Assembly (NCBI GenBank): GCA_965644265.1
Contig: OZ286474.1
Span: 49,972,001 to 50,036,000, forward strand
Reading direction: 5' to 3'
Length of the DNA: 64,000 nucleotides
Source: Glycera tridactyla
Lineage: Eukaryota
Shown here: one piece after another, positions 51,866-63,976 of the stretch
Layout of the letters: every line of letters starts with the position of its first letter
Position numbering within the stretch: position 1 is the first letter of the stretch
The notes under the pieces: model-generated
The model's input: the letters and a program-made list of their open reading frames with translations, nothing else
Database searches by the model: none
Told to the model about the DNA's origin: nothing
Translations under genes and position numbers: made by a program

Positions 51866-52753
51866 TATTAACTTAACAATTCTTATCCACCTGTCAAGAA
51901 GACTGGTGAAATTAATAAAGTCACTGGTTCTCCAGACATTTCACTGGTCCTCCAATCTTTCATTTAGACCTCTAGATGCTACACTGACACCGATGATGGC
52001 GTCGACAACATGGCAACCACCTGAACTTCATGGCGCTGATGTATGGATGCTTGTTGGGCCCTGGCCATATTCTCAGTGCCATATACTCACTGTCCCAAGC
52101 CATCCCCTAAACTCTCACTCACAAACACACATATTCATCCAGATCTCTAGATCATTGTCCTGGTAGAGGTAATTTGGGATACTCCTTGGACATCTTCAAA
52201 TATTGTGAATACAGTACATATATTCAATTGCTGGCATGAATTCAGTGGTCCTCCCTCTTGATTCACCTGTCTCAGAGAGGTGGACAGGTGTTAAGTTTAT
52301 ACTCTGAGAAGACGTGTGTGCCCCTCCAATGGGAGCTAGCTAGCACCTCATTCTTCATGCTCCTATAACCACACAATGTTGTGTTCTTGCTACATAGTAC
52401 AGTACAGGTGTAGCCCCCACACAGATGAATGATGGACAACAAAATCCGCCAAATTGGCTTCGACAGCTGCTTCAAGCTGAAAGTAAATCCAGACTTCACT
52501 ACTCCCACATGTGGATCATTCAGCATTTTCTGTCAGAGATCAACACTGAGATCTGGTTTGAATATCTACAATGGTAGGTTTGCTCATGGAACTTTATTCA
52601 AGATTTTTCTTTATGCATACTCTATACCACATCAAAAACCTCACCATACTGGACACATCTGAAATGTTGTGGCAATTTGAATTGTCTTCAGATCAAAGTA
52701 AAGTGTGACTGGAGTTTGGGAATGAGTATACTGGACCACACAAAAGAGGAATA

Positions 52754-52915
52754 CAGTCGAACCTGCTCTAAAGACCACCTCTCTATAAAGACCACCCTGA
52801 GCTGCAACAGTGATAGTATTTTCAACAGTAAATGACCTCTCTACAAAGACCACCTGCCTATAAAGACCACTTTTTGTATGCGACCGAAGGTGGTCTTTAT
52901 AGACAGGTTCGACTG
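52754..52915 (-). mobile_element. MITE family A2 (complete)
   Basis: TA|CAGTCGAACCTG ... CAGGTTCGACTG|TA, perfect 12-bp TIR. Confidence 0.93.
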
Positions 52916-53739
52916 TATGTGCAGCCGTGCTTGATTCCTTATACATCCAATGATAAAGGGGATGAGAGAATTGAGATGCAGGGTGACCTCTAATTTCTAA
53001 AAATAGGGGTTCTGACAGCTGAAATACCAGTTACAGCTGTGTCTGTTACTAAAACAAACTCTTTGTAGAGGACACCTATCTACAAACATGTTTATATGCA
53101 TGGGAGCCTTTTGTTGACAGGTTTGACATATTTCAAGATATATAATCGGTACAATGTCAGAAGTAATGAAACTCTAGTCTAAATGATTGTTCTATGTCAT
53201 AACTAGGTCAAATACTCATCAAATAAATCATGATAACTCAATCAGGGACACTGAGTCAGTCTGTCTCTCCTTTGAGCCTCATGAAATCTCAAGGCACTTC
53301 TATCTTATTCTCATGTGATAAAAGTGATTTCATAAAAAAATATATCGAAGTATTTTTCACAAAAGTTCACTAACCATGAGCTCTAGATAGACTGCTCCAG
53401 CGTTCCCCATGGTTTGATGTTCAGAACAATTCTGAATGTATTTTGATTGGTGGCAGCCTTCACGATTTTGAAAAAAATGTATCTTGAAAGAAGATACATG
53501 AGATGGGTGTTGTTGTTGTAGGATGGTCAGCATTTATTATTGATGTGAGTGAAGCTACACCTGGTAGTGTTAGTTTATTCTGGATCATGAATCCCTGAAC
53601 TGCAGCTGTCAGCCTGGGATGACCCCTACCTTCAATCATCTCTGCCTTGCATGATGGATGCCCATCACTGCCTCAAGCCATCCATCCCTGCTGCCTCCCC
53701 GTACCATGTGTAACTATTACACATGCTTGTACATGTACA

Positions 53740-53761
53740 TACACACACACCCACATCCTTA

Positions 53762-53797
<36 letters not shown>

Positions 53798-53859
53798 ACA
53801 CACACACACACACCTGCTTACTATCATGCTCCCACCCACCCACCCACATGCATACACAT

Positions 53860-53901
<42 letters not shown>

Positions 53902-53975
53902 CATCAATATCACCCCCACGCCCCTGCCCCCCCCCCCCCCACACATACATCCTTACTCTCACACAAACACATACA
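53740..53975. repeat. Compound (CA)/(CT)/poly-C microsatellite
   Basis: acacacac..., ctctctct, cccccccc. Confidence 0.93.
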
Positions 53976-54917
53976 GAACAAAACCATTGAATCATCAGTA
54001 GATATGTATAAATATAGAATCAAAATTGCTCAAGACATCACCTCTGAACAAAGACCATCTCTCTATAAAGACCTCCATCGATGATGAGACTGCTCTCATT
54101 GACAACAGAAAGAGCTCAGAACATGTGATCTCTTGTCAGAGGTGGTCTCCCGGGACAAGTGGCCTCAGATCAGGGGGTCTCATGGTAGATGCATACTTGT
54201 CTATAGATATACACGCTTGTGCTTGCTAATCAATTGTGACAGGAATCAATACAGCCAATTGTGATATAAACTCTCAGCTAAGTGTTCTGGTCCTGAGTGT
54301 AACAGCAAGCTACCCAATCTATATAATCATCTCATTTATGGTAGGTGACAATTACACAAGGAGTTTAGGAAGCTGGTTTTATTTGACATTATATCATAAG
54401 GCAATTTTCTCCCATAAAGCTTCTTGACAAGAATGGCTATCAAATATCACAGGGGTCTCTGAGATTCCTTCTCAGGTCTCATTTTTCAGGTCATGAGTGG
54501 CTGAAATTGGTCAATCAATTTGGAACTTGTTTGAAATGGAGTTTTTTTTCAACACCATAAAACTAATGGTGGCCATGTTCGATTCTTGGTCGAGAAAGAA
54601 TTACTCAGTTTGGGCTCATTTTTATTGATTAATTAACCAAATTGTGGCTATTTTATTCACACAAGGAACACATACTGTCAATAGACATGAGAAATACTCA
54701 CCCTGTGATTATACCAAGAACTCATAGCAGTAGGAGATCAGCATTATACCTCACTAGGCACAGTAGAAGATCAGCATTATATCTCACAAGGTGCATATCT
54801 GTATAGCCTTGGGTCCTCCCACCAATGATAAGGAGTGAGTGAGAATAACAAGCCAATATCCACTGCTATGAGTTCTTCCTGTCATGCCATGAACTGATTC
54901 ATTGATTTTTCTGTGAG

Positions 54918-55302
54918 TACTTCAATGATGAAGATAATCATTTCGCATCTACTTCAATGATGAAGATAATCATTTCGCATCTACTTCAATAATGAAGATA
55001 ATCATTTCGCATCTACTTCAATAATGAAGATAATCATTTTGCATCTACTTCAATAATCAAGATAATCATTTTGTATCTACTTCAATAATGAAGATAATCA
55101 TTTCGCATCTACTTCAATAATGAAGATAATCATTTTTGCATCTACTTCAATGATGAAGATAATCATTTCGCATCTACTTCAATAATGAAGATAATCATTT
55201 TGCATCTACTTCAATGATGAAGATAATCATTTTGCATCTACTTCAATGATGAAGGTAATCATTTCGCATCTACTTCAATAATGAAGATAATCATTTCGCA
55301 TC
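54918..55302. repeat. 32-bp minisatellite, 12 copies
   Basis: Unit tacttcaat(g/a)atgaagataatcattt(c/t)gcatc. Confidence 0.98.
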
Positions 55303-56998
55303 CACATCACTGATTGTCTACTTGGGACAATTTGTATTTTCATGTTGCTAACTAAAATCAACATTCTCTTCGTTCTTCATTGTGCTGATGATATAAGGAC
55401 AAGTAATATTGAAAATGATATCATACATATTCATAATCACCACATGATAAACTTGCTGAAAAACAGTGGCTATCTGAAACTGATTTGTGTATGGGCCATT
55501 ACCTGTGTTGCCAGATCAAAGTGAAGCTGGCCACCTATTATAACAGAAAAACACAATCATTGGCAAAAATGCCTGAAGGGCCAATGAAAGATGAATATGT
55601 GAGAGTGAGACATCCACCTTTTTTGCAATGGCAAGTCTTCCACTGATTCTTTCCATTTTTGTGGGATGATGCAAAAGAATCTCACTAATGATATGGGATT
55701 GTATTGGAATTTCACTCGGACGTCAGTTTCAGGATATGGGATTGTATACAAATCTTACTTAGACTCATGCCTCATTATGTGAGATTGCATAGAAATTTTA
55801 CTAGAACTTTGGATCATATTGAATCTCATGACTTAATCCCTCCCACCAAGTCACTGTCATCACACAACAGCCAATTCACCATAGTCACTCACTGACCAAG
55901 AAAGAAGGGTACATCCAGAGACTATCAATTTTATTGGAAACTATGCCACAAGTGTGTTTCAAAGTAGTTCTGATCTCATGTAATTTTAAAAATTCAGAAT
56001 TCAGCGAAGTAGAATCATGTAATCTATATAAAATACCAGATGATTTGGCTCTGAGATTTGGCCTGACAAGCTCAGTCGCTCCCTAGTCCAGGCGGAGTGA
56101 AAACACACAGTATTCTGTACCCAATGGCAGACTCAACCTAATCTATGCCAAATAAGGAATAATTCCAGCCCGATAATCTCCCATGTTATATAAATATCTC
56201 AGGACCTCACCACAACACTGCAACGAACACACACTTGAGTGAGGCCTACATTCTTAGTCAATTTCCCCATCTTCATAAGAATAAGAATACTTTATTTACA
56301 GTGGTAAATACACAATTGTTCAGACTAGCTGAACTTTTACAGGAATGATGACAAAGATACCTCAGATAGGTGAGCATATGGTATGGTATTTTTTTTCAGA
56401 TGAATGGAACAGGCACTACGTGCATCCCTGTATCAGCAGTGTGAAATTGTATGCGCTCACTGAGGATCTTTGGATTCATCAACAGTTTGCCAACAAACAC
56501 CAGTGCGTTAGTGCCTACATCCTCATTTGTGCATAGGACCTAATTTGTCTTCTTTAGGAAAATGGAGAGTGATGCAACATCAAGTTATCTCTTCAAAAGA
56601 CATTTCTTCAATGATGAACTAGACCCAACCTGCAGTGACCCGGGCTAATTCAAAGTGACTAGTAACCCACGTGAATAGAAGAAGGATATGTATCTCTTGT
56701 CTCGTGTCTACAGTGGTTTATGACTTGATACATAGCAGATTGACACCCACTTCATATACCCACCATCACTGGCATCAGTAGCATCATATACCTCATGATT
56801 ATAGTCTGTCAATGTCAGAGTGGAACTCAGTTTCAATTGGGAGATTGGTCGATTGATTGATTCGTTCATTCATTGATTATGGGTTAACTTCTCTTCAACC
56901 CCGGCAGGATCATTCAAGACTGAATTTATGGTCAGTTCTAAAACCTAGTCTAGACAGATATTGAGTTTTTGTTCAAAAATTGCGAGAAGAAAATTGTA

Positions 56999-59168
56999 TA
57001 TTGAAACCTGTCATGAGTGACCTCCCGACGAGCGACCATCTCTCTTGAACAACCATTTTTCCCACCAAAATACCAAATACTTCTAAAATGACCTCTGATG
57101 AGCGACCACCTGTCTAACACGACCAGCGACCAGCCTAAATAATGGTGATTACCTTCAACAAACGACCACTCGAGGCGAATCGGCATCTTGATCAACAATA
57201 TAGTGGGCGATAACAAGGGCCACTGTGTATAAACGAAGTACTCACAACTTCACAACTTCATGCTTCGCTGCAAGAAGACAAAGGGCTATTGTCCGGTTGT
57301 TTGCGCCTGCCTGATAGACTAACCTTCACAACGAAACAACTGAGAATTTGGTGTCGCTGAGAAAACATCCTTACATAACGATTTATCCGCGAAATATCCA
57401 TCGTTTATTACCAGCAACCAGCAGTCTAATTGTACACGTGATGAAATACATGGGCCCCCGATGATGATGAGGAAATTTGGCAGCATCAGATCATCAAATC
57501 CTTCTCCATTGGCTTCAGAAACATATACTTCGTATTTCTTATCGATGAAGACGTTTTTCAGCACAGTTTATAATAATCTTTCGTTCTATGATGATATTTC
57601 TTCGTGGATTCAAAGTTTCAATCGCAGATTCGTTATTTGCAATGTTGTTGGGGACCGGGGATACCCGCATGAATTATGCTTATTGAGGGGTTCCCTCAAA
57701 GAACATGGTTTTACGCAGTTAACCCTTTGCGCCATGTGACGTATTTTGACGTATAGCCGATTTTGCATAAGACGTATTTTTACATACAGCCGATAACGCA
57801 TAAGACGTATATTGTCATATAGCCGATTATGTATGCGATGCGTCATGACGTATTACAACGTGGCGCGAAAAATCACGATTGAGCACAAGTATATACTACA
57901 CGGAAACGACGATTTGGAGGGCCTACCATACGTATTTCGCGATAAACTGCATACCAACGTGAAGAACACTTTCTCGTGGTGATAGTTTGAGGGTTTCCCT
58001 GCTATTGCAACAAGAAATGATGACGTAATAGGCCGGAGGAAGCCGGGACAAACATCTGCCGCAAAGAATTGTGGGAGTCTAGACTGGAGAAGGAAGCCCA
58101 AAACCGGCAAATGGCGCTTCACAACACTGGTCTTCACCATGGATTTACAGCCAATATACGTCGTATTTTCGGGATTTATTATTCCATCTATCATATTTAA
58201 GAGCCGAGGAATCGATTGGTATGCATATTTAAGCACTCAAACTAATATATCTGATCGAAATTCGCGATGGACGACGATAGTACGGAACGAACACAGAAAA
58301 TTCCACCGCCGCCATCTTGTTTTTCACTCACTTTTCGCTTGCAACGCAAAATTTTCACCTCGCCATTACGAGGAAACTATACAAGATAGAATCAAACTGT
58401 TTTCGCATTATTCTCTGCAATATTCTTACAATTCGTATGGTATATAGTTTGTTCAGATAGCACTTGTATTTATTGCGTGGTATGATCGCAAACGCGACAA
58501 GGTCGTATTTCTTCAGCGACTTCTTCATCTTTTCCCGCGTTTCACCCTATGTTCGGCGGCTCGCCAATCCACTTTATACATGTTCTATCGAAAATTCGAG
58601 ATGATCATTGTCTCCAGCATTCTCCAATCTCCTAGGGCGAATTGTTTGGTGAGTTTCTGACCATTATTAAAAGTGTGGGGTGCCAGGGAAGAAACCCTAA
58701 TTTCTCGATGTTCTGCCGTGACTCTGCGTGTAAATGTATGCAAGTGACAGCTGTCACGTCATGGCGCACTCGATGCTAGCGAAGGCTCGCTCATGACGCA
58801 TTTATATGCCAAATAGTCACAACGTCACGGCTTTCATGATGCAAAGGGTTAATTTGATGCGGCCGAAGGCGCAAAACTTTACCGTTTCTGTCAAATAATG
58901 GCGATATTTCCTCATGAAAACACTGATTTTGTTAAGAATGGAGTCTATATATGACCGCTCAATGTGATTTGCCAGTATTTCGCGAAACATTCATCGATTA
59001 TCGATGTTTATTCAGCGAAAGGCTAGTGGGCGATATTGGGAGTATTTGCTATTTATCCCTGTGTTTGCGACCGGGCCTAGTTGATTGAACCTGCGACCAG
59101 CGACCACCTGTCTTTAACGACCACTTTTTCATGCTTTCTAGGGTGGTCGCTCGTCACAGGTTTTACTG
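56999..59168 (+). mobile_element. Long (~1.0 kb net) pogo-like non-autonomous element, copy 2
   Basis: TA|TATTGAAACCTGTCA ... TCACAGGTTTTACTG|TA; colinear with 43654-45026 once the nested piggyBac-like insert is removed. Confidence 0.8.
57723..58848. mobile_element. piggyBac-like non-autonomous element (1126 bp)
   Basis: TTAA|CCCTTTGCGCCATG ... CATGATGCAAAGGG|TTAA; three 33-bp subterminal repeats at 57738, 57771, 57804; CpG-rich. Confidence 0.88.
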
Positions 59169-62100
59169 TATTTCTATTTCATTTTATTTTTTCAGTAGTT
59201 TACAATTTTTCTTCATGACAAAAATAATCATTGCCTGAAGAACAGAGTACGCCTGCAGGGAACTTCCCCCAACTCGTTGGAGAACAACAGAGTTTCCATT
59301 AGGAGTGATAGCACTATGGAGTGAAGCTCAGCAAACTGTGAAGTATATTCAAGTTTACTGAATGTGTAGAATGTCTTACCCATTATCCTCATCATCTCTC
59401 CCCTCAATTTCCCCCACCAAATTCCTCCCAAGAATTCTATATACTGGACATGTGATTTCACAATATGTACTAATTTATGTTTCTTGTCCACACTGGAAAT
59501 GCTCAATTTCTGAGCAAATGCATGTTACTATGTGTGTGTGAATTTCAAATCAATCAAATCAAATCAAAAATCAACACCTCCTTCAAGAGTTTTCAGTAAC
59601 TATCAATACCATAGAGCCAAAGGAGGTAATATACTATACATATGTAACTCTGTGATCAATACCCAACTTAACTGACAGATTGATTCTGGGAGCATGTATG
59701 CTCCACATCTTCACCATACTACTACCCCAGCTCTTGACAACATGCAGACAGCAGGTGAGCCTGACATGAAAACATGTCATTAATGTGTCTGGTTCAAAGC
59801 TTGGCCTCATCTCATACCCTAACATCTGACATACCAGTGATGATTGATGCATCCATCGGCTGGAGTTGAAAGCATGTATGCCATGTGCTGCTGATCCACA
59901 AAAGTTGAATGCTCAGAAACCTGCAGGTATCACTTTCACAAACCCTAAACACAAAGGTGATGGCAACAAAAAAGGACTGCCAAGTGGCAGTAGCTGACAG
60001 CTCATATACATTTCAATGTGTAACAAATGAAAAAGGAACCAAATAATGGCAGGTCGGGAGCAAGTTAGTTGCTGTCACTCCGGTTCTCAAGTCAACAGCA
60101 TTGTTCACAACTGTGAGCATGGCTCCTGCTCGGATGGGTGACCAGAATTGCACAATTAAACAGATTTATATGATCTGCGCTTCTCACTAAGGCAATACCT
60201 CTGTGTGTGTGGAGGTAACTGAGTGGAAGCTCTGCATTCCAACACTCCACTTCACTGGCCTGCCCGAGATCTGTACTGGGCCATATGCGGTGAAGGCGAT
60301 TGTAGAAAGCTAAACTGATGCAGTTAATTCTATGTTCCGATCCTAAAACAAGTGAAATGCATCAGGTTAGGAGAATACTTCACCAATGTGTTCAGTTATG
60401 GACAGTCGATTCTGAATCAGCTTTAAAATGAAGTTAGCCCCATGCTCCCAGTGCAATCCCAGCACATTTCTTGGTGGAGCTAGTAGAGAAAGTGCTGTCC
60501 TTGAGTTGCTCTCTAGGTCACTTCTGTCTGGAGTCCCTCATGCCAGAATAAAGCATGCATGGAGAAGAACAAAATATGATCTGATCTATCTCACAAGGTG
60601 TACAGGTAGCTCTCTATGTCATCCCATATTATGAGGTCAAAGTGCATGTGAGATTTTGATGCAATCACAGAGAAATGAGTCTTTTCCATGTTTCCATGAC
60701 CCGAATCCATACTACCCAGTGATCAATGTTTTCAATAACAGAAATGACACCTTGAGTGCCTGTGAATTTAATAAATTTCCACCTTTCATTGGGCACGTAG
60801 TCTTGAATGATCCCACTCATACTCATCGCATGGGTGTCATAATATAGCACATATGGTGTTGACATGATGTTGAACCAGAACCAACCAACCAAGCGGCTGA
60901 GGATGAGCAAGTGCGTATGAGCCATGGCCAGGATCTGATTAGCCAGTGACCTTGAGCCTCTCACCTTGTGGATAGCTAGCACAGCTAGCTCAACAGTACA
61001 CCTCTCGATTCGCACCCATGTGTGTGTATTCACTTACATGAGTCCACCTGTCTTTGGAAAATATGGCTTACATGACAGGCATAGATTCAATAATCTGTGC
61101 GACCTTCAAATCTCTTCCTGAAACTGATGAATGATGATCCTGGCACAGTATTTGCTGGTCACAAATCTGATCGGTGGGCAAATAGAATGACCTAGCTCAT
61201 GCTTCCGGTCCACTGGCTGTTTCACTAGTACTAGGTGTTGGCCTCCATACTCCTGGTGATTTAAAGACATGCTGCACACAATCTAGAATGAAATTCATAC
61301 ATAACGATTGTTGAAAACATCCCCCTCTATTGCTTTCATAAGCTAATCCAACATTGCTCATACCATTACCACACAAATAGAGGACCGGGCCTGTCAGCCA
61401 ACTCTCTTGCGATTATGCCCCACACACATTGCTCACTCATGACCTAATGATCCCGTTCAAGGTTATTTAACAATCTGGGCCAGTATCCTCATCTGAGGGC
61501 TCATTTCAGCCACATTCAGGATAACTTATCAATCAGATGCTTGAAACAAACTCATGATGATCACAAAATCAAGCATGGGGATTGTCACATACTGAGTCAA
61601 GATCTAAAAACTTTTAATATCAATGGGACAGATGAAAATAAATTTGGCGTTTTGGCTGATCCTGACCAACAGCTGCCAAAGAACAACAAAGAACAACAAC
61701 CAGCAAAGGCTTCATGATGAAGCATAGCCCTGTAAGGTAACACTGATTGAAGAATCCTTAACCAATAGAGCTGACTTGATCATGGCGTGTACGTACTTGT
61801 AATATCTTTCAGACTCGAAAGGGGGAAAATATGATTTTTACCTACCCCTGGCATAGAGTAATCACCCAAGGATATTACTCTGCCCCTGGTGAGTATACCG
61901 TTGAATGGAGTTTTCAAAATCAAACCAACACTATCATAGAGGACTCATTTCTTCCAATCCAACTTGTAGGGTATCTTAGCAGACAGATCTTATATAAAGC
62001 TAGCTTCCAGGGTTTTATTGTAGTTGCTTCAGGGTGAAAGTCGTGGCACCTGCATACATACCACCTCTATGATACCCACAATTTTATTGTCCAAGTAGCA

Positions 62101-62367
62101 AAACAACCTGGAAAAAATGATAATGCTGTTCCCATAAAACTTCACATAAAGGCAATGTTGGTGAGCTTCTGTTAACCAGGACGTTTATGTGTTCAGAAGT
62201 GAGAAGTAACAAGTGAATGGTATATGTGAGGCAGGGAGGCATACACACTGTGTGGACGTGGACATACTGACACCACAACGAAGACTGTATGACCCCACAT
62301 GTTCTCTTTACCTGCATTACATACTCAACCCTTTGATCATGAAACAAGAGATCAATGAAATGAAATA

Positions 62368-62464
62368 CAGTCCAACCTGTCTACAAAACCACCTTTGGTT
62401 GCATAAAAAAGTGGCCTTTATAGGCAGGTGGTGTTTACTGAGAGACCATTCACTATTGAAAATA
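62368..62464 (+). mobile_element. 5' part of MITE A2, interrupted at an internal TA
   Basis: TA|CAGTCCAACCTGTC...ccattcactattgaaaaTA. Confidence 0.75.
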
Positions 62465-62622
62465 CAGTAAAACCTGTCTATAGTGAAATGTCACGGGCCA
62501 GATTTTCTTTTCACTGTAGACAGGATTTCACTATATACAGGTCAATTATAGTGAAAAAAAAAGGTTTGGGCCAGATTTTTCTTTCCACTGCAGACAGGAT
62601 TTTACTGTGGACAGGATTACTG
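62465..62622. mobile_element. MITE family A3
   Basis: TA|CAGTAAAACCTGTC ... GACAGGATTACTG|TA; internal duplicated gggccagattttc. Confidence 0.78.
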
Positions 62623-62627
62623 TACTA

Positions 62628-62803
62628 CAGTGAAACCTGCGACAAGAGACCGCCCTAAATGACACCAAAAAGCGGTCTCTCAAAAAAGGTGGTCTCTCGC
62701 CGGAGGTATATTTGACAATGTCAAATAGAAAAGCATCCCTGGAAGAGTGGTCTCCAATCAGAGGTGGTCTCTCATCGGGGGTCTCTTGTCGCAGGTTTCA
62801 CCG
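62628..62803 (+). mobile_element. MITE family A1 (complete)
   Basis: TA|CAGTGAAACCTGCGAC ... GTCGCAGGTTTCACCG|TA; close copy of 1343-1518. Confidence 0.92.
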
Positions 62804-63322
62804 TACCATGCTTGCTGCTCAAGGAAGCCTTTATGGAGATGCAGTCTTCATGGAGTCTCTTTTGATTGATAATTCTTCATTAATATTTGTCTATTTGTAC
62901 AATACATACAAATCCATTTGCCCCCAGTATCAGAGGCTTTCCCAGGAGGACAAATATATAATCTAATACATGTACTTACAAATAATTTCAATAGAGAAGT
63001 TTTTCTAGAGCAGGTATAACTTTAGCACAAAAAATCACAGGGCAGTCAAAACTGTTTTGAACAGCAACTCTCTCGAAGAGCAAACAGTGGATGCTTAGCA
63101 TAGGTAAATGATAGTGAATGAGCCTCAAGTGGGAAATGCAAAAGTGAATGCTCAAGACAGATGGCTGCTCATGACAGTGGTTGTAAAGGACTACTACGCT
63201 ATCAGTGTCTCCTCAAAGAATGATTTGTCCTAAAATACCACATTCCCAATCTCAATCTCTAAAGTAAACATGAACATGATATTTGTACATATGATAATGA
63301 GCATAATTGGTGGAATATTATA

Positions 63323-63443
63323 GTAAGAAACAACGCCCGTGGAATATTCAAGTTATATTCAACGAGGTGGGCCGAGTGAACTCCTGCCAGAACTCCCACC
63401 GAGTTGGATATCACTTGAATATTCCACGGGCGTTGTTTCTTAC
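63323..63443. repeat. Long inverted repeat (49-bp arms, 23-nt loop), probably part of a mobile element
   Basis: gtaagaaacaacgcccgtggaatattcaagt is a perfect 31-bp match to the reverse complement of the right arm's outer end. Confidence 0.93.
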
Positions 63444-63529
63444 GTTTATACCACAGATTGGTCAATATAAAGGGTCAAACTACCTGTAGAACGAGACCGC
63501 CAGAGCGCAGGATTTGGTTTGTTTACGTT

Positions 63530-63814
63530 TGCACAGAACGCGCCGAGAAGAGCGTCGGCAGCCAACACGCGGTTTGTTTACCTGACGCCTGCCTGTGATC
63601 CCTCTTCTCCGATCCTTCTGTCATCATCATTGTCGCCGTCGTCATCATTGTGCGTGTGTGTGTGTGTGTGTGTACGTGTGTGTGCGTGTGTGCATGCGAG
63701 TGAATGCGCACAGAGAGCGTTGGCACACAAACACGCGGTTTGTTTACCTGACGCCCGCCTGTGCTCCCTCTTCTCCGATCCTTCTGTCATCATCGTTGTC
63801 GCCGTCGTCATCAT

Positions 63815-63862
<48 letters not shown>

Positions 63863-63945
63863 TGTGTGTGTGTGTACATGCGAGTGAATGCGCAGAGAGA
63901 GTGTTGGCACACAAACACGCGGTTTGTTTACCTGACGCGTCTCCG
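63530..63945. repeat. Tandem repeat with embedded (GT)n, ~2.4 copies (periods 166 and 184 bp)
   Basis: aacacgcggtttgtttacctgacg at 63564, 63730, 63914; the length difference lies in the GT tract. Confidence 0.95.
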
Positions 63946-63966
63946 CGCCCCTGCCGACAATCGCGA

Positions 63967-63976
63967 GTCACGTGAC
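63967..63976. promoter_or_regulatory. GTCACGTGAC palindromic E-box (USF/MiT-TFE CLEAR-type) in a CpG-rich patch
   Basis: Exact 10-mer with overlapping TGACGT; function untested. Confidence 0.25.

Noticed and set aside
54918-55302. CRISPR-like 32-bp repeats
   Set aside because: Head-to-tail minisatellite without spacers.
57201-59035. 12-bp direct repeat tagtgggcgata as the TSD of an extra insertion
   Set aside because: The enclosed sequence is colinear with the twin element at 43654-45026, so it is intrinsic to the family rather than an insertion.
60060-60145. 5S rRNA-like ggatgggtgacc motif
   Set aside because: Only a short box matches; at most a degenerate 5S-derived SINE head, not an rRNA gene.
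60500-60900. Possible Tc1 transposase relic (QDYVP..., IWDDIESYL)
   Set aside because: Motifs are weak, and the same segment also looks like a SINE body with an (AACC)n tail; unresolved.
61072-61117. Minus-strand micro-exon candidate (RDLKVAQIIESMPV) with AG/GT signals
   Set aside because: Such signals arise by chance (similar pseudo-exons at ~48335 fall inside a LINE relic); no partner exon or recognisable protein.
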